The notes: a model not told the origin generated them from the sequence alone. DNA of 64,000 bases from Blastocladiella emersonii ATCC 22665 (GCA_025594325.1 JANHCV010000008.1:806001-870000); one strand, 5' to 3'; positions 49,100-59,806 are shown, counted from the first letter of the stretch. Made by a program: numbers and translations.

Positions 49100-49293
49100 G
49101 CGTCGCTGTTCAGAACGGCATCTTTACGAATGGAAGACACAACGCTTCCCTTGTCAACTTTATGCAACGCGTCCGACACCGCTCCAACTTGCTGATTTAC
49201 GACTGGTACCTTTAAGGCTGATAGCGCGACCGCCAGCGTGCTTCGCCAAGTGTGCCGTTAGTAGGCGAAGGCCCTTGCCGGGTTGAAGCCCAT
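49100..49293 (-). pseudogene. Family D 5' remnant (MGFNPARAFAY*)
   Basis: ccaaggccATG context like the ccaagaccATG of D1 and D2; TAA after 11 codons. The 3' extent is approximate. Confidence 0.45.
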
Positions 49294-49933
49294 GGCCTTG
49301 GCCGATTACGATACGTCGGCAACAATGATATCGAGTAGCGCAGCTTCGCGAACGAACGAGCAACACGCTGCTCATCGCGCGAGCGCGATCAAGCAGGAAG
49401 CGCGTGCTACGCGTGTTTATTTGGTGGTTTGATCCTCGTGCGAGCGCATCGCGACATACGAATGAGATCAACCGATCCGAGTCCCGCATGTTGGTTGCTG
49501 GGATCGGGCTGGATCGCTGTCCAACAAATTCGGGACAGGGAGGAGCAGCTCTAAGTGATGGAGCACACCCGCGCCTGTCGTGCAAGGCCGCGCTGCAGGC
49601 GTTGAGTACTTTCTCCAATAAATTCAAGCCATCTCGGTTACGTTTTTAGCGCAAGCGAAGGTCTCAGTCGACTACGAGATGGGCGGACGAAACCGGTGCC
49701 ATTGATGGAGCAAAATTACCTGTTTGTCCCGAGCCTGATTTGAGGAGAAGACTACCCTGCGAATCCCTGCCCGCTTCAACGTAGGTGAAGGACGAGACAA
49801 TCATGCATGTTACAGTGTGCTATCCATTACAAACAACAAGACCATGACGTGACACGGGAACGGCTTGCGACGGATGCAGAAGGTGTGCGCGTCACGAGCA
49901 CCATAAAGTCAGGGATTCGACTTAGTTGATCTC

Positions 49934-50383
49934 CTAGATGCGGCTACTGTCGCCGTCAGGGCTGGAGCCATCTCGGAGCGGGAAATCCCGCTCGGCCACC
50001 CGTCGGCGGAGCTCGACGAGGTTCTTGCGTATTTCCTCCTCGTTCTTATCATCTTCGATAAAAGCAGTGGCGAAACGGGGGTCGAAGCGTGCCAACTTAA
50101 CGCGGATTTGCCGCATGGCCTGTGCATGTGCCAGCGTGCCCTCGAGGTGTGGAATAAGTGCGGCAACGTCCTCCAGCTTCAAGTCCCGAGCATCTTCGGG
50201 CATGAGCTCTCGGAACGCTGCGTGGTGGAGGCTCACCTCGGGGCTCATTCGAAAGAAGACCCCGGCGGCACGGTCAATGCATGCTTCGGCGGGGCCACCA
50301 GGCGGCATCGGCGCAGACTTGCTTGCGGGCTTGCGCCGAGCACGCTTCTTAGCGGCAGCTGCCTTTTGCATGTTGTTATTCAT
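49934..50383 (-). CDS. Family D member 7 (149 aa); C-terminal motif cut by a TAG
   Basis: MNNNMQKAAAAKKRARR start, LIPHLE core; the tail reads SRI*EIN*. Confidence 0.7.
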   Translation of the reverse strand: MNNNMQKAAAAKKRARRKPASKSAPMPPGGPAEACIDRAAGVFFRMSPEVSLHHAAFRELMPEDARDLKLEDVAALIPHLEGTLAHAQAMRQIRVKLARFDPRFATAFIEDDKNEEEIRKNLVELRRRVAERDFPLRDGSSPDGDSSRI

Positions 50384-50748
50384 GGCCTCCAGTCAGGAGG
50401 TGCGAGTGTGGAAGTCGGCGGTCGGGAGCTGGGAGCGCCCGCGAACAGGTCGGCAAAGAGCTGAAACGACTGCCCACGAAGCACGTGTGTGGCGCAGGCG
50501 CGGGCGCGGGCGCGACCACGACGACGCGCGTCGACGCGCGAGACACCGTACTCGGCGTTCTCCAATGGAGCGCGCTCATTCTAGGAGCGCGGATCACTGC
50601 CGTGATTAAAAATGCGTTTAATATAGTCACGCTTCACAACTGCTTGCAGAACGCGCAAGCCCTCGCTTACAGCAAGTCGCTGGCTCATGGTCACGCAAGA
50701 AAATCGAGCGAAAACGCCGACTGCATGTATCCCAAACATTGAGCCATA

Positions 50749-51137
50749 CTAAACTTCCGTGATCCGCTCGTCTTTTGGCTCTACGGTGCCAGCAGCGACG
50801 GCGCGCTCACGCTGACGTTCCACAAGCGATTTTTGAAGCGCAGCGCCTTTTGAAGCGCAACGACCATCGATTCCGCAGACTGTTGCTGCACCAGCGTCTC
50901 GTTCAGGGCCGCGGTCAGCGCAAGCGTTTCCTCCATCGTCGACTTTAAGTGCACCCCTGATCCCGGGTTCCACGCCAAGAGCGCCTCGTGCTTCTGCTGG
51001 GCGAGATCATCAGCTTCCAAATCACTCGAGCTTGTGATCCGTCCATCTTTGGGCTCGGCGTCGGCCGCCTCCGCGCGCTTGCGCATTCGTATCGCTAGCG
51101 TCACTTGATAATGTTTGAGAGCCGACTGCGTGGGCAT
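50749..51137 (-). pseudogene. Two adjacent family D 3' remnants, both frameshifted
   Basis: Removing a 17-nt duplication restores VALQKSLVERQRE...EPKDERITEV*. Restoring one G at ~51031 gives EPKDGRITELE*. Confidence 0.6.
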
Positions 51138-51446
51138 GTTTCAAGCAACATCTAGTGTAAGGCTGCGAGCCAACAAGACCACTTTGCTCACCATCGAGTC
51201 CCAGTCCGTCGCGGTTGGCGGAGTCCACACGATAATAGTTTACCTCTTGCGCAGTGAGTGGCGTAGTACACGGTAGCCCGAGTTCGCTTGTTCAACCAGC
51301 GGGGCTCGGGCCAGCAACTAAGCGACCTGATAATCGCAGTGCCATCTGGAGCTCACATGCTTCGCCTCTCGCCCTCAAGATTGAAAGTACGTCAAGGCCT
51401 TACATTTCGTGACACAAACGGACAGAAGGCTCGCGCAGCAGCAAAG

Positions 51447-51935
51447 TTACTCGAGTTCGAGGATGCGGCCCTCGTCACTAGACCCAGCACTGCCGCCCTG
51501 CTCGCCCTCCTTCTCGAGTCGCGCCGCCAGCTCCTTGCGGAGCCGCTCGACGTTGGCGCGCATCTCCGCTTCCTTGGCCGCCGTTGTGGCCAGGTACGCG
51601 TTGTACTCGACCAAATCGGCTGCCGACAGGTTCCGCGGCCGCATGTCGCGGAACGCCTGCTGCATGGCCTGCATGTGCTTCACCACGCCCTCGTAGTGCG
51701 GGATCACCTGGACAAGTTCTTCCGTCGTCGCATGGCGGTCGCGGGGCGTGATGGCGCGGAGGGCCTTGAGGTGCTGCTCCATGCCGTGGGTCGCCACGTC
51801 GATGGGCGAAATGGCGGACGTATGGTTCGACAAAACCGTGGTCGCGGCCGTCGCCTTGGCCGCGGGAGTAGCAGCGGTATTGTTGCGGCGGCCACGCTTC
51901 TTGGCGGCGGCGGCTTTCTGCGCGCTGTAGCCCAT
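51447..51935 (-). CDS. Family D member 8 (162 aa)
   Basis: MGYSAQKAAAAKKRGRR start, VIPHYE...MRPR core, ends DEGRILELE. Confidence 0.75.
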   Translation of the reverse strand: MGYSAQKAAAAKKRGRRNNTAATPAAKATAATTVLSNHTSAISPIDVATHGMEQHLKALRAITPRDRHATTEELVQVIPHYEGVVKHMQAMQQAFRDMRPRNLSAADLVEYNAYLATTAAKEAEMRANVERLRKELAARLEKEGEQGGSAGSSDEGRILELE

Positions 51936-52865
51936 GTTTCGGATGGATTGCACCAAGTGATCTACGACAGCACTGTCAAGTGGGGCGGAGGGGCGAGAGG
52001 AAGAGGAAGCCCGACGCTGGCACGGCGGAAGTCGCTGTGCGAATTTTCGGCGCTGGCTGAGGATCACGCGAGTGGCGCAGCCACGCCCGATCGCGTCTGC
52101 TGCTTGCTGTGCGCGACCAAGGTGTCTGCCTTGTTCGTACTGGGCGTTGGTACACGTAGCCGCCTGGCACAGCAAAATCATCAATAATCTTTGTTTCCGA
52201 TGCTGGAAACTCCATCCAAGTTGTCAGGATTTCAGGGCCGTTCTCGCACGTTTGAAGTTTCGCGTTTCCTGCCGCCAAAGATTGTTGTGTACAAGCACCT
52301 CTGCTTTCAAGCGTCCGTCGTCGATCGACGGCTCACCCCCGCAAAGGTTCACATCACGCATAGAATTTCTCATGCGAGACTCCTCACTTGTCTTGGATTT
52401 TAGCCACGGCAACCAACAGCTTGTGAGCTCGCGTCGTCACAAACTGATGGCTGTACTGATCGCCCAACGTTCGCGGGTTTCGCCTTTCATTGACACCTTT
52501 CAAGCGAGCATCAGGTTCATTCCACACGTGCTTAGTAAAACGGATCACCTTTGCGTCCCAAGAAACGCTGCTTGTGGGAGTTGGCGCCAAAACGCGCTTG
52601 GGATTCCGCTCTTTCGCAGCTCATTTTGCAAGTCCCTCATTGCTGCTGCGTGAAAACACGCGTCCTGATCAGCAGTCAGCATGTCCTGTGGCTGTGCCGT
52701 GCGTTCCGAACGTGGTGGTGCTGAAGTTGTGGCGTAACGCGTCCAATATGAAAGGGCACCGATCGCTTGGTAAAGTAATATCTTGAGAGCGAGTAGACGC
52801 TGAGCACCTTGCGAGCAATCAGTTTTAGCTGAACCGCATGTATCTCCGAGGCACGAATCGCGCGC

Positions 52866-53348
52866 TCACTGCTCATCATCGCCACACTCCTCAATGCTAC
52901 CGCCGCCGCCAGTGGAACCGGCACCAGCAGCAGCCGCGGACCCAGCGCCGCGACCAAAGACGCGGTACATCATCTCGAGGTTGGCGCGCATCAAAGCCTC
53001 CTGCTCGATGAGGTCCGCGAGGGACGCGTTGAACTGGGCCACTTCGGCGGCCGTGGCGCGCTGTGGGCGGATCGTATACATCTCGTGCCGCACACGCTGG
53101 ATGTTTGTCAGCATCGCCTCGACGTGCGTAATTACCTGGAACGGGTCGGCTTGAGGACCGCCGAGAACGCTCTGCATGACGAGGGAGCGGATTCTGTCAA
53201 AGTTGTGCTCAAATTCGTCGCTGGCCGCGTCCATGGTTGCAAGCGCCTTGCGAACCTCAGGCGCAGAGGTCGAGACTTGCGAGCGGACCGCCGGCCGGCG
53301 CCGCGCGCGCTTCTTGTTGGCGGCAGCCTTTTGCGCGTTGTATCCCAT
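52866..53348 (-). CDS. Family D member 9 (160 aa)
   Basis: MGYNAQKAAANKKRARR start, ITHVE...IRPQRAT core, ends SIEECGDDEQ. Confidence 0.75.
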   Translation of the reverse strand: MGYNAQKAAANKKRARRRPAVRSQVSTSAPEVRKALATMDAASDEFEHNFDRIRSLVMQSVLGGPQADPFQVITHVEAMLTNIQRVRHEMYTIRPQRATAAEVAQFNASLADLIEQEALMRANLEMMYRVFGRGAGSAAAAGAGSTGGGGSIEECGDDEQ

Positions 53349-53447
53349 GGTTTCACTGGATCTTGAATAATGAAGGGGAGCGATAGTCGCGAGGAGACCC
53401 TCTCGCGCGAAAGGCGCGTCCCTTCGAGGGTGGGAGAAGGGACACGT

Positions 53448-53462
53448 GAGTGGCGCAACGCG
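53448..53462 (-). promoter_or_regulatory. Shared upstream motif (gagtggcgcaacgcg), D9
   Basis: 100 bp upstream of the ATG at 53348. Confidence 0.55.
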
Positions 53463-53918
53463 CGACACTTTCTCCACGCGCCACTTCGCATCGGCCGTTC
53501 GATCACAAAGCGACGCGAATCCACTGCTAGGGCGCCGTTCATACCCGGCTAGCTCTCGTGTAAATGCATGGCCGTCGTGCGGTCGCCTAGGTTTGTGCGA
53601 AAATGGAGTGAGTTCAGCTCACCTTGCGGCATCAGTGGACGCGATAATAGATGTAACCTTGAGCGGTACACGATGATGTTGGTGTTCCTATTAACGTGAT
53701 CGATGCATATGCTGTTACCAGCGATAGAGAGTGTATTGAGCTGTACTACACGCGACTCGCAACAGACGCAACGGGGTTCCACACAACCTTGCGCAGTTCA
53801 TCAAGCGCTGAGCGCCGCCGGACCTTCTCGTCCGCGACGTTGTCGATGCATGCATTGTAACGCAACATGTCGGCGGCTGTCGCGCACACGGCATGTCTGG
53901 CCAGTCTACGATGCGTTA

Positions 53919-54639
53919 TTATTCAAAATCTCGCGTAAAACGAGCCGTTACCTCGTCACGCTCGTTGGCCAAAGTAAAGAAGTGAGTGTAGCTCGTGTTG
54001 ACCGTGTGTTTTTGACGGCGCCGCGTCATACTTGTGAAGCACGCGAAGAAGCGACTCGGGCAGGCTTGTTGCGTCGAAGCGTGCTCACAGTTGGAAGGCA
54101 CGGCGAGACGGTTGGTGCGCGCATTGAGGAGATCCGCCAATGCATCGAAGTGCGACAGCCTGTCGCTCGGAGCACCCGCAACCCGCTACGCGCCCTTGAA
54201 ATGACGGAAGGCAAGTTAAAAAACCACGAGCCGGTTCGAAAATGGGCTTGGCGCGGCCAAGCGCATTGCCGAGCGAGTCCAATAGTACGAGTATTGGTGT
54301 TTAGGTACAAACTGTCGCGATTCGGGCGTGCCAAAGTATAGGGCTGACATCAACGCACAGGCACGATTCAAGCGGTCTACGCGGCTCTTCTCGCAAGGAT
54401 GCGTGTTGCTGAAGCTAGCGCAAGGTAAGGTTGGGAGCGGCCCCAATCGTCGACCGGTCGCATGTGTCTGCTGCTCGCTTCGGCCACTGGTGAGGTCAGA
54501 CTTGCGCGTCGCACGGCACCGTCTGAGCCCCTTCATCCCACATCGCAACGTAGGATCGCGGAGCGGGTTGGACCGCGGCAAGCCGTTGCTGCAAGACTTT
54601 CATGTAGTTTGCATCAGGTTCCTTTCTTTCGCGGGACAT
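53919..54639 (-). pseudogene. Possible unrelated small or degraded gene, divergent from family C copy 2
   Basis: ccaccATG at 54639 (MSRERKEPDANYMKVLQQRL) with the shared motif at 54712-54720. Downstream frames are interrupted. Confidence 0.25.
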
Positions 54640-54775
54640 GGTGGGAGACTGCAGGGAGACAAAGCGTCGTGCGGGTCGGGCGGCGGGATGACGCGCGGGG
54701 AAGCGAATCAAGTGTGGCGCCGCCGGCGTGATCGGTGCTCTCTTCCTCAAACATGTATCGTTCTCGCTCTTTGCA

Positions 54776-56392
54776 ATGAATACACGCAGATCAACTCCAT
54801 GCAATGCACTTCTTGCTATATCGCCGCCCGATCCTGAGCCCGACCTGGGGCCGGCCGTCGCCGCGATCGATCGCGTCACCGCCGCGGGGAATCTCGGGCA
54901 CTTGCCCGCCGTCGACCTTGCCGTCCTTGAGCAAGGGGCACTGTGCAACCTCATGTCGCGCCGCATCGGCTTGATTCGCGCTGCCTTGCGCCCGCGTATT
55001 GCGCCGCCGGGCGAGCCTATCTTGGCCGAGCCGATCGTGGAAGCGTCCCTTGGCCTGTTTCACGCCCGTGCAGCGTACACTGGGGTTGCGCAGCTTGCTG
55101 TCCATGACGCTGCGGTGCACCCTACGCATGTACGGGAGCTTGAACCGCCGCCTCGCGTTGAGTATCCGCCCCAAACCGTTGATGGTCCGCAGACCGCAGA
55201 CCTGTTCGAGACTCGTGTTCCCGCGCGCCCGCTCGCAGTCGAGACCGCCCCGCTTCATTTCTCGCCCGAACCGCGTGCTGCTCCGGAGTCTTTGACGCTT
55301 CCAGCTACGAAATCCGACTCGACTCGCACGCACTCCCAATCACTACCCGCAGCTTGCGCGACACTCGCAGCCATGATCCGCGCTGTTGAGCGAGGCGATA
55401 CCGGAACGGTGACGGCCACCGTCGACTTTGCCGAGGTCGCCCGCGCCGCCGAATCCATGCTCAAGATCCTCGCCAACGGGGTCGCACCAGGCAAGCTCGC
55501 TGACGCGTTGATTCGCTCACACGACCGCGTTCCGCCCGCCATTTACCGCGTCTTCGCGATCGCCCTGTCGCCCGAGATGCCCGACACCGCAGCACGGACC
55601 GCCTGTGTTTCCGTCTTTTCATATCCGCGCGCCTTCTGGATCAAGTTTTACATAAAGCCCACGCGCGGCGAGCATCTCCGCGTCAAGCGGCTCGTCGCGG
55701 ACGCGACCAAGGCCGTGGGCTTGAATGAATTCGATTACGCGGATCGCACGAGGCTGCCGCACATTAAGGCGCTGTTCGTTGACCGGCTCAACTGGGTCGA
55801 TCCCGAGTCGCTTGCCCAGCAGATCAACGATCCCGCGTGTACGCTCGAGAATCTTTTGAAGATTGCCGCGTACTCGTACGCGCCAAACGCGCCGTCGATT
55901 CCTGCCCGTAGCTCGGCGCCATGGGGGCCCGCCCACGCTGCTGTTGAAACGCACGCGGTTGACCACGTACGCCCGTCAACTGCGGACAACTTGACCCACC
56001 TCCACGCCCATCGGCAGCAGGCCATTGGGTGCACTTACTGCGCCGTCCTCAAGAGCCACCGCATCCCTCCGCACACGGAGACTGACTGCGTGCGGCTCTT
56101 TGACGCGCAGGAGATGGGAACTCGCATTGGCAAGGCGGCCGCTGCGATGGCGCAGCCGTTCAAGGTCGTTCCGCTCCACGGCGGGCACGAGGACGCGGCG
56201 CTGGTGACGCTCGCGACGCAATTGGGGTCCGACCATGCCAATCGGTTTGTGGAACTCGAGGACCGGCGGGCACTCGCTGCGCTGCACGCGCTGATGCGGA
56301 TCCCGCACGACGCAACGCGGCACGACCGGATCCGGCGGATCTTTGCGTGGGCGCACCACTCTCAGCAGAAGCAGATGATGCAGTCTACTTAG
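54776..56392 (+). CDS. Family C copy 2: Gag-like, CxxC-x10-H-x4-C
   Basis: Within the 554-aa ORF 54728..56392. EQGALCNLMSRR, VPPAIYRVF...EMPD, LPHIKALFVDRL and CTYC...HTETDC (56030-56089). Confidence 0.6.
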   Translation: MNTRRSTPCNALLAISPPDPEPDLGPAVAAIDRVTAAGNLGHLPAVDLAVLEQGALCNLMSRRIGLIRAALRPRIAPPGEPILAEPIVEASLGLFHARAAYTGVAQLAVHDAAVHPTHVRELEPPPRVEYPPQTVDGPQTADLFETRVPARPLAVETAPLHFSPEPRAAPESLTLPATKSDSTRTHSQSLPAACATLAAMIRAVERGDTGTVTATVDFAEVARAAESMLKILANGVAPGKLADALIRSHDRVPPAIYRVFAIALSPEMPDTAARTACVSVFSYPRAFWIKFYIKPTRGEHLRVKRLVADATKAVGLNEFDYADRTRLPHIKALFVDRLNWVDPESLAQQINDPACTLENLLKIAAYSYAPNAPSIPARSSAPWGPAHAAVETHAVDHVRPSTADNLTHLHAHRQQAIGCTYCAVLKSHRIPPHTETDCVRLFDAQEMGTRIGKAAAAMAQPFKVVPLHGGHEDAALVTLATQLGSDHANRFVELEDRRALAALHALMRIPHDATRHDRIRRIFAWAHHSQQKQMMQST

Positions 56393-56585
56393 AACTAGAT
56401 CCATCGTGCTCGTTTTGTTTGCAAGGTAGGGTGCGATCGGGTTGAGATTCACCTCATTCATCGCTCCTTCGCGCGTCTTCATGATGTTCAAGCGCAACGG
56501 TCGATGTATCCTAACATGAACACGCGCCTGCTCCATCGACGCCACGCGCGCACCTCCTCCTTCTCCTCGGCGCGCATCCAGCAGC

Positions 56586-57134
56586 CTACGCGCGCCCGCG
56601 CTGGCGCTGCCGCGCGGCCAGGAACGCGCGCGTCCGCTCGAGGCCCTCGCTCATCTCCCGCTCCTCGTAGACCAGCTGGTTGAGGCACTCGGTCTGCGCG
56701 AGCACCGCCTCGATGGTCGGGACGGGCGGCGTCCACGCCTCGAGCGTCTTGCGCTTCTGCTGCACGTGCGCGAGCAGCGCCTCGCTGTGCGACATCAGCG
56801 TGGCGGCGACGTCGCTCGGGGCGGGGAGCCGCGCCGCCGAACCGCGTCCAGCGCTGGCCTCACTGATGGCGTTGATCGCCTTGACGTGGTACAGGACGAC
56901 AGGGTCGTGGTCAGCATCGAGTGCGGCCTCAACACCGTACAGCGGGCTCGTAGGCAGCGCCGCCGACCACGCGGGCGTCACAGGCGCGCAGCCCGGTGGA
57001 CGAGGACCCGCGGCAGCGCGGGCAGCATCCGACGCGGATGGAGCCGGCGCGGGGTCGGTCGACGCGGCCGCGCGCGGAGGAAGGCGACGCGTGCGCTTCT
57101 TGGTCGATGCGTTCTTTTGCGCGTTGAAGCCCAT
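56586..57134 (-). CDS. Family D member 10 (182 aa)
   Basis: MGFNAQKNASTKKRTRR start; close paralog of D6. Confidence 0.75.
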   Translation of the reverse strand: MGFNAQKNASTKKRTRRLPPRAAASTDPAPAPSASDAARAAAGPRPPGCAPVTPAWSAALPTSPLYGVEAALDADHDPVVLYHVKAINAISEASAGRGSAARLPAPSDVAATLMSHSEALLAHVQQKRKTLEAWTPPVPTIEAVLAQTECLNQLVYEEREMSEGLERTRAFLAARQRQRGRA

Positions 57135-57153
57135 GGTGTCGATGCGTCGTCGT

Positions 57154-57222
57154 TTGTGTGGTTTGGATGATGGGGAGAGAGGGAGCTGATTGTGTGGTTT
57201 GGATGATGGGGAGAGAGGGAGC
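57154..57222. repeat. 33-bp direct duplication (36-bp period) in the D10 5' region
   Basis: ttgtgtggtttggatgatggggagagagggagc x2. Confidence 0.9.
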
Positions 57223-57330
57223 AGAGCGCGGGCTCCGGCCGGTGTTTGAAGGAGTCACGAACGGTCGGCGCCGGCGTGGGCGGTGCTCCCTCCCTCACAA
57301 CATGAAGGATCGCCGCTTGCCGCGATGGGG

Positions 57331-57560
57331 GCTCCATGCAACCTGCTTCTTGCTCTATTCCAGGTTGATCTTGAGGCCGGGCTGGCTCCGGCCGACGTTG
57401 TGCTCGATCGCGTCACGGCGGCACGGATCCGCGGCGAGTTGTTGACGCAGCGAGCTAGCCGTTCTTGAGCAGGGCATGCCTCGTACCCGTCTCGCGCGTC
57501 GTTCCGGCCTGGGCGAGGCTGGTTCGCGCTCGTACATCGCACCACGCACATCTGTGTCAC
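57331..57560 (+). pseudogene. Family C 5' fragment
   Basis: PCNLLLAL...LDRVTAA...VLEQG...RR.GL...IAP matches the N-terminus of copy 2 (PCNALLAI...IDRVTAA...VLEQG...RRIGL...IAP), with a frameshift. Confidence 0.65.
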
Positions 57561-57998
57561 CTGAGTCGGTCGTTGAGGTGACATCTAGAGAGCCGGCCCG
57601 CTTGAACGGCGCCCAGCCCCACGGGCTCTGTCGCAACCGCGCACACGTCCTCGGTGGTGGCCGCTCTACCACTCGCCCTCACACGCGACCTCGGGCGACA
57701 TTGAGGCACAAAGCACGCTTGTTACGATCTTGAGCATCCGTGCGCTGGTCCAACTCTTTCACCCCGACGAAGCGCTCGTTCCCATATGACTGCCGTGCTC
57801 TCAATCTTTCATGTGTGGCAGTCATCGCTCGCGGCAAGCGTTCCGACCTGCAAGCGCTCGCGTCCGCATGGTCGGATCTCACAGCTCAGAGAACAGCCCT
57901 TTGCTTCAACAACGCAACGTCGAACTATTCGATCACACACTGTCGTGCACACTCGGACGCGGACGCACGTCCCACGATCTCGATGATCGGCCGGCAAC

Positions 57999-58430
57999 CT
58001 ACCCGCGCCCGCCCGTCATAGCCGCCAGCGCGCGGCGCGCCGTCTCGATCCCCTGTCGCATGGCGTTCTCGTGGCGCAACGTGTGGTTGAGGGCGTCCGT
58101 CAGCGCGATCATCGCCTGGACCGGGTCCACGTTCCCGGTCGGCCGCCACGACTCGAGCGTCTGCCGCTTGCGCTGCACGTGCGCGAGCAGGGCCTCCTGG
58201 TGCGTGATCAAGGAGCGGCAGTCTTGGGCCGTCATACGGCGCGGGGTCGGCGGGTTCGCCGAGGCACCGGTGATGGCGTTGATGGCGTTGACGTGCTGCA
58301 GGATTACCGGGTCGTTGTCGGCGTCCAGCGCGGCCTCGACGCCGTACAGCGGGCTGGTCGGCAGGATCGCCGACCACGCGGGCGTCACGGGCGCGCAGCC
58401 AGGCGGGCGTTGGGCGGAGGGACCGGGCAT
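57999..58430 (-). CDS. Family D member 11 (143 aa), lacking the N-terminal NAQK/basic motif
   Basis: The ATG context (gcatcaacaccATG) matches D6/D10 but runs straight into the RPPGCAP block. Confidence 0.65.
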   Translation of the reverse strand: MPGPSAQRPPGCAPVTPAWSAILPTSPLYGVEAALDADNDPVILQHVNAINAITGASANPPTPRRMTAQDCRSLITHQEALLAHVQRKRQTLESWRPTGNVDPVQAMIALTDALNHTLRHENAMRQGIETARRALAAMTGGRG

Positions 58431-58581
58431 GGTGTTGATGCATTGCGAGTAGAGTGGGTGAGGGGCAGGAGAGAAGAAGCTTCAACGGGGTGCTCGAGCG
58501 AGTTTCGCCCAACCGATCGAAGACGTCGTCGTCGACTCACACAGCTGACTCACACAGCTGACCCACGCGCGAGTGGCGCTG

Positions 58582-58653
58582 GGGCTTGACGACGGGGGTG
58601 GCAGGATTGGCAGCCGGGCTTGACGACGGGGGTGACAGGATTGGCAGCCGGGC
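58582..58653. repeat. 34-bp tandem duplication with one mismatch, upstream of D11
   Basis: gggcttgacgacgggggtg(g/a)caggattggcagcc x2. Confidence 0.9.
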
Positions 58654-59141
58654 GCGACGCGTCTCATGTCTCGCGCTCTCGCGGGACGCCGGCACTTCAC
58701 GGCGCATTCGGTTAACTATTAAGTAAGCCCTTCGATTCAGTTCGCAGACTCGATTCACGACACCGGCCGCCGTGACCCTCAACTCGCTTCATAGCCAGCA
58801 GGAGCTACATAATGTGAGCATGCGATATGAGCTTGCATAGGATTGCTATCCTCGTCTGGCTCTTGAGTACTCGGTGATGGGGCCATCATGGCCGCGATTG
58901 AGACGGCACTCCACGAAACTGCAACATTTCTCAGCATCCCTCTACTTGTCGTGTGATTCGCACTCTGATGAGCCCATTCGTGCGGTTTTCGCCCAGCTCG
59001 ATGAGCCTGTGCGGCGGGAGAGTGATTTACACTTGCAGCACTGGACCAGGACCTGCGAGTACACGTTCACGTCTCGCTTCGGAGTCGATAAGGTTTGGTT
59101 TCGAACGAAAACGAGAGGTATTTATGGTGAGGTAGCGGACC

Positions 59142-59675
59142 TTACTCGAGCTCAACAAACCGGCCGTCGCTTGACCCCGCAACACCCGAACGCGGAATCG
59201 GGAACGGCGCGCCGCGCTCGACAAAGATACGCTCGAGCTCGTCAACTGCGCGATTCGCGTCCTCCTTGGGTCCGAACATCGCGCTCACGAACGTGCGGAG
59301 CGTATCGAGGATGGAGTTGAGCGTCGCCTCGTTCCGGGTAAGTCGCGCGAGCGATGCGTGGTACTTGGCCATGTCGGCCGCGGTCGTACGCTGCGGGCGC
59401 ATCGAGCCCATCTCCTGGCGCATGCGCTGGACGTCGGCCAGCATCCGCTCGAGATTTGACATCGCCGTGAGCGCCTCGGCGGGGTCCGCACCTTTCGTGC
59501 ACCGCTCGGCCATGGCGAGGAACTCATTGGCCTGCTGCTCCAAGTCGCTCTTGACGGCGTCGGCGGCGGATAGCGTCTCGCGGAGCTGCGGCGCCGACGA
59601 GGCCGAGGCCCTGGCGGCCGACCAGCGCTTGGGGCGCTTCTTGGTGGTGGACGCTTTCTTCGGATCGAATCCCAT
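59142..59675 (-). CDS. Family D member 12 (177 aa)
   Basis: MGFDPKKASTTKKRPKR start, ends SDGRFVELE. Confidence 0.75.
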   Translation of the reverse strand: MGFDPKKASTTKKRPKRWSAARASASSAPQLRETLSAADAVKSDLEQQANEFLAMAERCTKGADPAEALTAMSNLERMLADVQRMRQEMGSMRPQRTTAADMAKYHASLARLTRNEATLNSILDTLRTFVSAMFGPKEDANRAVDELERIFVERGAPFPIPRSGVAGSSDGRFVELE

Positions 59676-59791
59676 GGTTGCCTCAAGTTGCATCAAGTGT
59701 GAGCGAGCGAAGCAGCCGTTCGGGATTGCGATGACACTGCGCGAGAGAGGGCGGGTCGAGTCGCGCGTATGCGCGATCGAAGCGCGCACGT

Positions 59792-59806
59792 GAGTGGCGG
59801 AACGCG
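59792..59806 (-). promoter_or_regulatory. Shared upstream motif variant (gagtggcggaacgcg), D12
   Basis: ~117 bp upstream of the ATG at 59675. Confidence 0.5.

Noticed and set aside
13868-50383. RIP-like hypermutation as the cause of the pseudogenes
   Set aside because: The lesions are few and mixed (AAG to TAG, indels, duplications), and near-identical duplicates remain CpA-rich.
56240-56265. RFVELE inside family C copy 2, matching the D12/D13 tail
   Set aside because: Internal, not present in the other C copies, and short enough to occur by chance.
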